DNA from: Oceanispirochaeta sp.
GTDB lineage: Bacteria > Spirochaetota > Spirochaetia > DSM-2461
Assembly: GCA_963666275.2 (NCBI GenBank)
Contig: CAXXOA010000001.1
Span: 2,528,001 to 2,592,000 of the forward strand
Direction of reading: 5' to 3'
Length of the DNA stretch: 64,000 bases
A program made the translations under genes and the position numbers. Each line of letters begins with the position of its first letter. Position 1 is the stretch's first letter. Shown here in pieces: positions 55,084 to 64,000 of the stretch. The notes under the pieces were generated by a model. The model ran no database searches and had not been told where the DNA came from. It saw only the letters and a program-made list of their open reading frames with translations.

Positions 55084-58000
55084 GTGAAAAATATTACATT
55101 CCTTTTTCTATTATCGGTATTTTTCCTCATTTCTCCACCCGTAACGGAAAAACTCGGTGCGCAGGAGGCGGCCCCGGAGGGAGAAGCTCCGGCCCATATT
55201 CTGGATATGGACATAGGAAGCGTGGGAACCGATGTGTACTGGCAGGGTTACTGGCGCTACCGCTTTACCTATGGAACAGGCTATGAAAACGGACCGGATG
55301 GTTGGGTATTTCCCGCCTCATTTTCCGGCCTACAGCAGGGATTCGAGTTTAAACAGGAGCCTGACTTTTTCCTTTCCGTATTCCTTCTGGATCACTATTT
55401 CCTGGAAACCTCCATCACAGAAGGGTATGACAGAAACACCTATGTGATGGGCTATATGGGCGGAGAGGAAGACCCTGTGAAAGAGGTCAGAATCGGCAAT
55501 GCCGGAATCGGAATCGGAGAATACCGGGGCATCGACGTCTCCTCCCCCGAATACAACACGCCCGGAATCAGCGGCCGATTCGAGTCCATGCAGTCGGAGC
55601 ATGAGTTTATGATCCGCTACGACCCCACAGAGGAACAGAGCAAAACCTTTGTAGGGTCCTATGAGGTAACGGAAGAGGAAATTCTCCTGATGGACTATCT
55701 GGAGGGGCAGTTTTTTGTTCTGCCCGATCAGGGGATCAGCAGCCTGAGAGTGTATCTGGAAGAGGACAACGGCGCCCTTGCGGGATCGGACGGCAGGAGA
55801 TACACCCTGATCACTTCGGGCTACACCATAGATCTGGAACAGGGGCTTCTGGAACTGGATGAGCCGGCGGAGGACCGGGTTGTTGTTTTTTACAGGAAGG
55901 GTGCTGCCGGAGTGGGCGAAGACACTGTGGAAAACTTCATAATGGATGTGGATGCCAGCGGAAGACCCGACCCGGAGACAGCTGTACTGCCCTTCGGCTG
56001 GTCGGAAGACGATCCTTATGACGGGGAGCCTTCCAGCGGGACATTCGAAGAGACCTCTCTTGTCACAATTGATGGCAACGATGCTCTGCTGGTTCACTCC
56101 CCCGGCAGCTGGTCCCCCTTTCAGAGCTATAACCACTACAGTTACAACACCAACCTCCCCTCTGAGTCCTGGCGTACCTCAATAACACTGATGGAGAGGG
56201 GAAGTTCTCTGGAAGCTTCGGGAGATTTCAGTTTTACCCCGGATGATTATACCCTGACAGTCCAAAGCGGCAGCTACTCTGCCAGGGATGCCCATACCAG
56301 AGTTCCCTTTGCGGAAGAGGACCCGGCACTCTACGGCCCGGGAAGGACCAGCGATGAACAGAAAATTTCCAGGAATATCCTGATATCTGTCAAAGAGGAC
56401 TCTTCCTCCTACTATCTGGGATCTGAAATTGTCAAAGGATCGGTGAAAGTCAAAGTCAACGGCACTGAAGATCAGACAGTCGAAGTGAATTACGATACGG
56501 GCGAACTGATTTTCTCACGGTATATCTTTCCCGATGACAGGATTGAGGTAACCTACCGGACCGAAAGCACAGGCTTCGGCGGGGGAGATCTTTTCATGGC
56601 CCAGGGCAACCGGCTTTTCCTTACCCCCTATCTGACCCTGGAACTGGCTGAATCCCTGAGATGGACCATCCCCGAATCCCAGGTGACGGAGGAACAGGGA
56701 GACAATCCCGGAAGGATCGACTTTGCGTCCACCCTTTTTTATGAGAAAGAGAATCTCTCTGTGACCGCCGGAGCGGGAGTGACGATCCAGACCCCCGATA
56801 CAGCAGGAAATCTGAGGCTCCACAGTATGGAAGATGAGGGATACAGTTTTTCCCTTTCCGAAGATCAGCTAATCCCATCTGAAATATCCCTGACTCCGGC
56901 GGATTCTGACTACCCCGAAGAGGACTGGACCCCCCTGATCTACAGGGACTTCCTGATGACAAGCAATACCGGACAGACCTATCTGAACGCCTATGAGTGG
57001 GATGCCCCGGTAGACAGCAGCGAAAGAGGTCCCTCTGCGGCCGGATCCTATCAGGATGATCCATTCAGCTCCCGTGTGATGGTTATGACCTATGATCTGG
57101 AAGGGAGCGAGTGGACCGGAGGGGACTATCTGCCTGTGAGTGACGAACTGATCGATCTTTCGGGCTACTCATCCCTGAGCTTCTATCTGCGCCGGCAGAA
57201 CCTGGAAGCGGACAATCTGAAAGTGAAACTCATTCTGGGTGAAAACGGTGAATCCGAAGACGCCGATGAGAACGGTTCCGTAGAACCGGGATCCAGCTTC
57301 TATGTGGTCAGTAAAGACAATATTTCCCTCCCCGCCGAAGAAAACCAATGGGAGAAAGTCACCATATCCCTTACCACCCGGGAACGTCAGAAACTCAGCC
57401 GGGTGCGTTCTTTCCGCCTGCTCCTTTCCAACAGCGGCGGTACCGGGACTTCCAGAGGAGAACTTCTGGCGGGAGGCTTTCAGGGAGAAGGTTCTCCCCT
57501 GGTGATGCAGGTGTTCACGGCCTCCGGAACAGAAAGGGATAACTCCAGCCTTGATGCGGTGGAAACCACAGAACAAACCGAAAGTCTTGAAAAAACCTTT
57601 CCCGAAGTGGATTCAGTGTTTCATCCCGACGATGACGATCAGAAGGTACTGAAGATCTCCTGGGGTGATAAAAGTCAGGACGGAACGCCTCTGAACAGCG
57701 GAGAGTACTGGACCGGAACCTCCTGGATGGAGGGGAAGAACCCGGGAGACTACGGGGAACTGGCCCTTTATGTCCTTCATGAACAGACCGGCGGAGAAGG
57801 ATTTATCGATCTCACCGACCCGGAGGGACTGGGTATCCATATAAGCTATGAACCCGGAAGCACAGGCTGGGAGAAACTGACAGTCAATCTGGAAGAGGGA
57901 ACAGCCGGATTTTCCGGTGATTCCCGCATTAACTCTCTGGGCTTTGATAAAGACGCGGGCGAACTGACCCGCTTTACTGTGGGCATGACCGGGCTGAACT

Positions 58001-59724
58001 CGGGAAGGATCTATCTGGATGAGGTGCATTTTTCCAATCCTCTGTTTACAACCCGGACCAGCCTGGACTATGACCTGACTTATGCCATCCCCGGAACGAT
58101 TGCCGCCACAGAGGGAGGTTTCCCCCTGCTGGGCAATTTCAACCTGTTCAACCGCATCTATTACAGCAGGGAGGACAACAGCTCCCTCTTTTCCGACACA
58201 GTCAATCAGTTGGAGAGCCAGTTCAGCACAGGAGCGGATGTGATGCGCATCCGGATGGAAGGGGATATGGATCTCAAACACAATGAGGAGAATACCCTTT
58301 ATACAATGGGACACCTGGTTCGGCTGCCCTCCAGCAGCCGCCTGGGATGGGTTTCCGACTCTTACAGCCGGTCCTTTTATCCGGGTGAGGATGTGATGAG
58401 CCGGGAAAATGTTCTCCACCTCACACCCCTGGGCTCGCTGATCCTGGAAGCCCGCTCTGGCAGCGAGGGAAGCCTGGACCAGCTGGTTCAGCAGTGGGGA
58501 GGATCTTTCAAGCTGAGTCCCTACAAAGGGGGATCGGCAGAAATGGAAATGGACCTCTTTCAGACCTCAGGCTGGGAGAGCGACTCGGAAAGTTACTTCA
58601 GCGACTGGGCTGCCGACTTCAGTTACTACACACCCCTGGATGAGGACCTGGAAAGCCGGGAGGGAGAAGGGAACGCCGGATTCTCCCACAGAGGAGAGAT
58701 TTTCGGTATATCCTGGACTCCCGAACTGAGTTACTATGCCACCGAAACCTATCAGTGGGAACAGACAAACACATGGGAAACCGAACTGGCCTTTCCTCTG
58801 GAGATTCCCACCGGCCGGGGGGATATTTCTGTGGAACCCGGTTACAGGAGGAGCCTGGAGAACGTGATTTTCCCCGGGGAATACAGCTCCTTCCGGGATG
58901 ACTGGGATACCCTCACCAGAGGACTGGAATCCCAGTTCCCCCTGTGGAACTTTGTCCCTCTCTACGAGATCTTTGATACAAACGGCATCGACAGGTTTGA
59001 GGATACACTGACTCTGACCGACGACAGTACCTACACCCCAGAGCTCTACCTCTCGGTGAGCCGGATGCCCGGTTCCCGGCTCTCCGATCTGATAGCCCCC
59101 TCTTCGGTGGATATCAGCCTGGACAGAACCTACAGAAAAGACAGCGACACCCTATACAGAGAGGACCACTGGAGCTTCCAGTATGTCCAGTCGGCGCTGA
59201 ACCTTTTCGGCAGCTACGGCAGTCAGGGGTATCTTGATTTTTATGAAACCGATGAGTGGACAAGCTCCCTTCAGTACATCCTCTCGGGTCGGGAGGGATT
59301 CCTGCCGGACCCGGAAGAGCTGATCTATCAGAACTATATCAATCTCCTCACCGGAGAGGTCTGGGAAATAAGCCTGGACAACCGCTATGCCCTGCAGTTT
59401 CAGGAGGACACATGGCAGGAGGACCTTCAGTTTATCTTCCGCTGGAGAGAGCCCGAGAACCCCTGGATTGACCTGCCCCTCATAGACAGACTGATTGTGA
59501 AAACAAACTACAGAGAGCATGAGGAACGTCTGGAATTCGGCGGGGATTTTGACGGGGAAGAGAGGGAGAATACCACATACGATACCATAATGACCCACCA
59601 GACCAGCCTGATTATAGAGGAACTGGGGGCTCTGAAAGGCTGGATGTCCCTGGGACTGGGAGGGAAACAGGAGGTTTTCCAGAACGCCTTCGAATTGGGG
59701 GTGGAGTTGGAGATCACTTTCTGA
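55084..59724 (+). CDS. Very large exported / outer-membrane protein (1546 aa)
   Basis: Signal peptide, acidic beta-rich sequence, terminal OMP signature LGVELEITF. Confidence 0.85.
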   Translation: MKNITFLFLLSVFFLISPPVTEKLGAQEAAPEGEAPAHILDMDIGSVGTDVYWQGYWRYRFTYGTGYENGPDGWVFPASFSGLQQGFEFKQEPDFFLSVFLLDHYFLETSITEGYDRNTYVMGYMGGEEDPVKEVRIGNAGIGIGEYRGIDVSSPEYNTPGISGRFESMQSEHEFMIRYDPTEEQSKTFVGSYEVTEEEILLMDYLEGQFFVLPDQGISSLRVYLEEDNGALAGSDGRRYTLITSGYTIDLEQGLLELDEPAEDRVVVFYRKGAAGVGEDTVENFIMDVDASGRPDPETAVLPFGWSEDDPYDGEPSSGTFEETSLVTIDGNDALLVHSPGSWSPFQSYNHYSYNTNLPSESWRTSITLMERGSSLEASGDFSFTPDDYTLTVQSGSYSARDAHTRVPFAEEDPALYGPGRTSDEQKISRNILISVKEDSSSYYLGSEIVKGSVKVKVNGTEDQTVEVNYDTGELIFSRYIFPDDRIEVTYRTESTGFGGGDLFMAQGNRLFLTPYLTLELAESLRWTIPESQVTEEQGDNPGRIDFASTLFYEKENLSVTAGAGVTIQTPDTAGNLRLHSMEDEGYSFSLSEDQLIPSEISLTPADSDYPEEDWTPLIYRDFLMTSNTGQTYLNAYEWDAPVDSSERGPSAAGSYQDDPFSSRVMVMTYDLEGSEWTGGDYLPVSDELIDLSGYSSLSFYLRRQNLEADNLKVKLILGENGESEDADENGSVEPGSSFYVVSKDNISLPAEENQWEKVTISLTTRERQKLSRVRSFRLLLSNSGGTGTSRGELLAGGFQGEGSPLVMQVFTASGTERDNSSLDAVETTEQTESLEKTFPEVDSVFHPDDDDQKVLKISWGDKSQDGTPLNSGEYWTGTSWMEGKNPGDYGELALYVLHEQTGGEGFIDLTDPEGLGIHISYEPGSTGWEKLTVNLEEGTAGFSGDSRINSLGFDKDAGELTRFTVGMTGLNSGRIYLDEVHFSNPLFTTRTSLDYDLTYAIPGTIAATEGGFPLLGNFNLFNRIYYSREDNSSLFSDTVNQLESQFSTGADVMRIRMEGDMDLKHNEENTLYTMGHLVRLPSSSRLGWVSDSYSRSFYPGEDVMSRENVLHLTPLGSLILEARSGSEGSLDQLVQQWGGSFKLSPYKGGSAEMEMDLFQTSGWESDSESYFSDWAADFSYYTPLDEDLESREGEGNAGFSHRGEIFGISWTPELSYYATETYQWEQTNTWETELAFPLEIPTGRGDISVEPGYRRSLENVIFPGEYSSFRDDWDTLTRGLESQFPLWNFVPLYEIFDTNGIDRFEDTLTLTDDSTYTPELYLSVSRMPGSRLSDLIAPSSVDISLDRTYRKDSDTLYREDHWSFQYVQSALNLFGSYGSQGYLDFYETDEWTSSLQYILSGREGFLPDPEELIYQNYINLLTGEVWEISLDNRYALQFQEDTWQEDLQFIFRWREPENPWIDLPLIDRLIVKTNYREHEERLEFGGDFDGEERENTTYDTIMTHQTSLIIEELGALKGWMSLGLGGKQEVFQNAFELGVELEITF

Positions 59725-59736
59725 TAGGTTAAAACC

Positions 59737-61611
59737 ATGAGCAAATCGGTCAGAGTTCTGAATGATATGGTAGCCCGCAAAATTGCCGCGGGAGAAGTAA
59801 TAGACAGACCCAATTCGGTGGTCCGGGAGTTGATGGACAACGCCATTGACGCCGGAGCGGACCGGGTGGATCTGAGCCTCGAACAGGGGGGGATTGCCAA
59901 AATCCGCCTTGTGGACAACGGAATAGGAATGACCCGGGAGGATTTAACCCTCTGCTGCCTTCCCCATGCCACCAGCAAGATTGAAACCGAAGATGATCTG
60001 ATGCAGATCCGGAGCCTGGGATTCCGGGGCGAGGCCCTTTCCAGTATTGCCGCCAGTTCCCGCCTGGATATTATATCCACCCGGGAGGGAGAAACCCACC
60101 GGCTCACAATCCGGGACGGGAAACTCACCGAACCTGTTCCCTGGCGGGGCGGCAAAGGGACGATTGTCGAGGCGTCGGACCTGTTCTACTCCATTCCGGC
60201 CCGGAAAAAATTCCTCAAAAGGCCCCAGTCAGAGGGCACCATGTGCCGGAATACCTTTCTGGAAAAGGCCATCCCCTTTCCTGATATCCACTTTCAGCTC
60301 ACCATGGACGGCAAGGTCCGCTTTACCCTCCCCCCCTCTAGCCTGAGAGAACGGGTGGCCGCCGCATACGGCAACTCCATTCCCGGGGGAATGCTTGTGC
60401 AGAGACAGGCTGTTCTGGAGGGCTTTGATATCACCATTGTGGCGGGACGGCCCGAACTGAACCGGAATGACCGCCGGTTTATCCAGATATTTGCCAACAA
60501 CAGACGGATCGATGAATACGCCTATATGCAGGCTGTTCAGTACGGCTATGACGAAATCCTCCCCGGAGGGGTCTTTCCTGTGTGTTTTGTTTTTATTAAT
60601 GTTGACCCCTCGCTGGTGGATTTCAATATCCATCCGGCCAAAAGGGAAGCCCGTTTCCGGAACGGTCCCCAGATCCACCATGAACTGGTGTCCCTTATAA
60701 AAGATTTTCTGCGGGAGTACAGTCCCGTGCGTCCTGCGGGCGTGCCTGTCGAATCAAGACAGCTGGATCTGAATGAGCCGGACTCTCCCCTGCCATCGCC
60801 CTCTGTTCCCTCTCCGGGGCCCGCAGCGGTCCCCTGGCAGAAACCGGCACCATCTGCGTCGCCGGGGGTATATAAGAACAGGACAGACTGGCCGGGAAGC
60901 CCGAATCCCTCCCAGCATCACAGAGAGAGCTATCCCGCCACACCTCAGGCCCAGAGCGAGAGGTTCAGCAGGCTTGTCCGGGAGACTCCTCCCCTCAGAC
61001 AGGAGCTGCACCCGGAAAGGATCCCCCCCTATCACAGGGCCGCACCGGCGGAGCAGGCTCAGGGAGAGAGTTCCATCCGCTTTATGGGGCAGATCATGGG
61101 AGTTTTTCTGCTGGCCGAAGTGGGAACTGATCTCTTCATAGTGGATCAGCATGCGGCTCACGAAAAACTCCTTTACGAACGCTACAAAAGAGAGGATCCG
61201 GCGGTACAGGAACTTCTGATCCCCCTGGAGCTGGAGGTCAGCGAAGAAGAGGAACGGTTTATGCTGGCACAGAAAGAGGTCTTTACAGGACTGGGGATAA
61301 GCTTCCGGAAAAAAGAGGAGAATCTGTTTGAAGTGACAGCCCTCCCCCGGGCGGCCCTCTCCCTGGAAAAAGAGATCATGGAATTTCTCAGATGCCGCAA
61401 AGGCTCCCCGGCGGAGCTTCAGAAAGATCTGTATGCCACCATGAGCTGCCGGAATGCCATCAAAGAGGGAGATCCCATCGATCCCGGCGCCGCCATGGAG
61501 CTGTTAAAAGGCGCCCTGGCTCTGGAAAATCCCCGCTGCCCCCACGGAAGGCTTCTCTGGTTCAAACTGAGCGAAGCGGAACTCTATTCCCTGGTGGGCC
61601 GTACGGTTTAG
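59737..61611 (+). CDS. mutL: DNA mismatch repair endonuclease MutL
   Basis: IAAGEVIDRP, HATSKI, GFRGEAL, DFNIHPAKRE, DQHAAHE, SCRNAIK, CPHGR. Confidence 0.98.
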   Translation: MSKSVRVLNDMVARKIAAGEVIDRPNSVVRELMDNAIDAGADRVDLSLEQGGIAKIRLVDNGIGMTREDLTLCCLPHATSKIETEDDLMQIRSLGFRGEALSSIAASSRLDIISTREGETHRLTIRDGKLTEPVPWRGGKGTIVEASDLFYSIPARKKFLKRPQSEGTMCRNTFLEKAIPFPDIHFQLTMDGKVRFTLPPSSLRERVAAAYGNSIPGGMLVQRQAVLEGFDITIVAGRPELNRNDRRFIQIFANNRRIDEYAYMQAVQYGYDEILPGGVFPVCFVFINVDPSLVDFNIHPAKREARFRNGPQIHHELVSLIKDFLREYSPVRPAGVPVESRQLDLNEPDSPLPSPSVPSPGPAAVPWQKPAPSASPGVYKNRTDWPGSPNPSQHHRESYPATPQAQSERFSRLVRETPPLRQELHPERIPPYHRAAPAEQAQGESSIRFMGQIMGVFLLAEVGTDLFIVDQHAAHEKLLYERYKREDPAVQELLIPLELEVSEEEERFMLAQKEVFTGLGISFRKKEENLFEVTALPRAALSLEKEIMEFLRCRKGSPAELQKDLYATMSCRNAIKEGDPIDPGAAMELLKGALALENPRCPHGRLLWFKLSEAELYSLVGRTV

Positions 61612-61719
61612 CTCCCTGAATCCGGCCCCTGAATCACGGCCCCTAAATCCCCTAAAGGGGACTTTTACTTAAAACGCAGCGGAATGTTTCACAGATAAAG
61701 TGCCACCCCTCGAGAGGCC

Positions 61720-62101
61720 GCGGAGCCGAAATGCCCTAGCTAGCAGAAGACCCTCATCTCATCAGAACCAACGGTAGCTGAGCGGGCCTGTATTGAGCGG
61801 AGCCGAAATGCCCTAGTTAGCAGAAGACCCTCATCTCATCAGAACCAACGGTAGCTGAGCGGACCTGTATTGAGCGGAGCCGAAATGCCCTAGCTAGCAG
61901 AAGACCCTCATCTCATCAGAACCAACGGTAGCTGAGCGGGCCTGTATTGAGCGGAGCCGAAATGCCCTAGCTAGCAGAAGACCCTCATCTCATCAGAACC
62001 AACGGTAGCTGAGCGGGCCTGTATTGAGCGGAGCCGAAATGCCCTAGCTAGCAGAAGACCCTCATCTCATCAGAACCAACGGTAGCTGAGCGGAGCCGAA
62101 G
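61720..62101. repeat. 77-bp tandem repeat, ~5 copies, built from REP-like TGAGCGGAGCCGAA palindromes
   Basis: Units start at 61720, 61797, 61874, 61951 and 62028; only two substitutions, both in unit 2. Confidence 0.97.
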
Positions 62102-64000
62102 CTACCGGATCAGAGTCTGCAGTTCCTCTTTGCCCGGATAGGAGGGGTTCTTTTTCAGAAGCTCTTCCACAGTGGTCCTGGCTTCGGCGGTTTTACCCAG
62201 AGTAAACTGTACGTGGGCCAGTTTGTCCCAGGCCTCCCAGTTGGAACTGTTGAGCTTGATCACCTGATTCAGGATGGTTTCCGCTTCGGTTGTCTGTTTA
62301 TTGTCCATATAGGCCCGGGCCAGATTCAGCATAATGTCATCGTCTGTGGGATCGGCACCTACAGCTTTTTTGTAGTAGGAAACCGCATTGGCATAATCTT
62401 CCTTATGAAGATAGACATTTCCCAGGTTGTTCCAAACAAGGGCTGAACCCGAATCAAGCTGTTCCGCTTCCTTCAGATACTGAAGGGCCTTATCATACTC
62501 AGCAGCCTGATCATACAGGACCCCCAGATTAATACGGGGTTTCACATAGGCCGGATCCACTTCCACGGCTTTCAGATAGGAGGCGATCGCTCCGTCTGTC
62601 ATTCCCAGATCCTCGTTGATTTCACCCATGGTATAGATAAAACGGGCGTTGGAGGGATCAAGCTGTACCGCTTTGACCGCCGCATTCAGGGCGGATGAGG
62701 GATCCCCTTTGGCCTGATAGATCAGGGCCTGATTGTGACGGATATCTCCGTTTTCAGGTTCCAGGGCGGCGGCTTTTTCATAGGCCTGAACCGCCGAGTC
62801 ATAACTGCTCTGTGCGTAGTAGGCGGCTGCCAGACTCCGCCAGTACCGTCCGTCGTCCCCGGCCAGCTCGGTGGCTTTTTTAAAGTAGGAGACAGCCATG
62901 GAACTCACTCCCTCGTTGAGGGCCAGTTTCCCCGCCTCCCAGTAGGAGGCCGCATGGTCCGGCCTGTACTGAATACTGAGCTTCATGGTGGCCAGGGCGT
63001 CTTTGTCTCTTCCCAGTTTCAGATAGGTAAGACCCATGGCAAAATAGTTCCCCGTATAGGCGGGGTCTATGGCTTCGCACTTTTTAAAGGAACCCAGAGC
63101 ATCCGAGTACATCCTGGCCCGGTACTGCAGCTTTCCCAGTTCGTAGGCCAGTTTGGCATTGTCGCTGTTCAGACTGACTGCTTTTTTCAGATAGTCGATG
63201 GCTTTCCTGGAATCCCCGTCGGCCTGGGCGATCTGAGACAGGTATTCATAGTTTTCCCAGTTGGAGGGATCCAGACTGACAGCCCGTTCCAGATGCCTCC
63301 GGGCTTCATCTCTGGCCGCAGAAGAGGAGGAATCGGATAGATACCGGGCCTGACCTGTCAGAGAGTGCCCTCTGGGGTCCTCCTGATCCAGATCAAGGAT
63401 ATCCTCTCCCTTACTCAGGGCTTCACCGTAGGATTTCCTTTCAATGGCATCCATACCGTCCTTGTAGAGCGCAGCGATTCTGGCTTCTTTCTCTTCCCGG
63501 GCTTTTTTCTCCGCCGCCGATTCGGCATCCTCCCTGGCCTGTTCGGCCCGGGACTTCAGATTGGAGGCTTTGTAGGAGGAGGGATCCAGAAGCAGCGCCT
63601 GACGGGCCAGATCGATAGCCCTGTTGAAGGCTTTATCCGAGAGGGCGTCTTCTCCCTGCTGAACCAGAGATTCCACCTGCCTCTGCAGTTCCAGAGCCTT
63701 CTGCCGCTCTTCCTCTTTCCGGGCCTCCTCCCTCTCTCTCTGAAGACGCAGTTCCTCCTGCCTTGCCAGGAGCTCTGCTGTCTTCTCTCCCTGATCCTGC
63801 CCCTGAAGGGACTCGCCCAGCTGATCCAGGCTCTCCCGGAGCTGATCCTGCTGATCCTCCAGATTTTTCAGATCCTCCTGGCGTTTCTGTTCGTCATAGG
63901 CGTTTTTCCGATCAATCGCCTGATCTCTCAGATCCCGGGCTTCCTGGTCCGCAGCATCCTCTATAAGAAGGCCGTCAAGAAGATCCAGAGCTCTCTGAAA
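62102..64000 (-). CDS. Multi-TPR protein with coiled-coil region, start outside the window
   Basis: More than 10 canonical TPRs; frame is open from 63676 to the window edge. Confidence 0.92.
   Translation of the reverse strand, partial: FQRALDLLDGLLIEDAADQEARDLRDQAIDRKNAYDEQKRQEDLKNLEDQQDQLRESLDQLGESLQGQDQGEKTAELLARQEELRLQREREEARKEEERQKALELQRQVESLVQQGEDALSDKAFNRAIDLARQALLLDPSSYKASNLKSRAEQAREDAESAAEKKAREEKEARIAALYKDGMDAIERKSYGEALSKGEDILDLDQEDPRGHSLTGQARYLSDSSSSAARDEARRHLERAVSLDPSNWENYEYLSQIAQADGDSRKAIDYLKKAVSLNSDNAKLAYELGKLQYRARMYSDALGSFKKCEAIDPAYTGNYFAMGLTYLKLGRDKDALATMKLSIQYRPDHAASYWEAGKLALNEGVSSMAVSYFKKATELAGDDGRYWRSLAAAYYAQSSYDSAVQAYEKAAALEPENGDIRHNQALIYQAKGDPSSALNAAVKAVQLDPSNARFIYTMGEINEDLGMTDGAIASYLKAVEVDPAYVKPRINLGVLYDQAAEYDKALQYLKEAEQLDSGSALVWNNLGNVYLHKEDYANAVSYYKKAVGADPTDDDIMLNLARAYMDNKQTTEAETILNQVIKLNSSNWEAWDKLAHVQFTLGKTAEARTTVEELLKKNPSYPGKEELQTLIR

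Noticed and set aside
61720..62101. CRISPR array
   Set aside because: Whole 77-bp units are identical, so there are no unique spacers; no cas genes in the window

Overview
Bacterial chromosomal window, most consistent with a free-living spirochaete (Spirochaetaceae/Oceanispirochaeta-like; inferred from gene content, lipoprotein signals and codon style, not from a marker gene). Left part (1-21.7 kb): signalling, translation and metabolic genes. These include a GGDEF protein, an RRM protein, an RNHCP-rsgA operon with a candidate ribosome-stalling leader, a short leuA under leucine attenuation, an ECF sigma factor, ttcA, a flavinylated-lipoprotein/flavocytochrome pair, a degenerate glutamine-synthetase fold, a sigma54-driven aldehyde:ferredoxin oxidoreductase cluster, an Rpn nuclease and two Bdr-like paralogues. 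Middle (21.7-33.3 kb): an AT-rich defence island. A type I R-M operon has a Sir2-HerA pair and an AlbA/Schlafen-RecG_C-HTH gene inserted between hsdS and hsdR, and is followed by XRE-ImmA/IrrE and a deleted PIN gene. 33.5-45.6 kb: HAD hydrolase, TetR plus a hydrolase with an in-frame TGA, and an Mgl-type sugar ABC transporter with a YesMN-like two-component system and an esterase, ending at tRNA-Met(CAT) with tRNA-derived palindromic repeats. Right part: a degenerate STAND/TPR protein, a partner-switching/PilZ cluster, an HD hydrolase, a pore-less voltage-sensor-like protein, a large outer-membrane protein, mutL and a TPR protein, with several REP-like repeat families. No CRISPR array, rRNA, integrase or intact IS was found. 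All family assignments come from motif recognition by eye; no searches were run.
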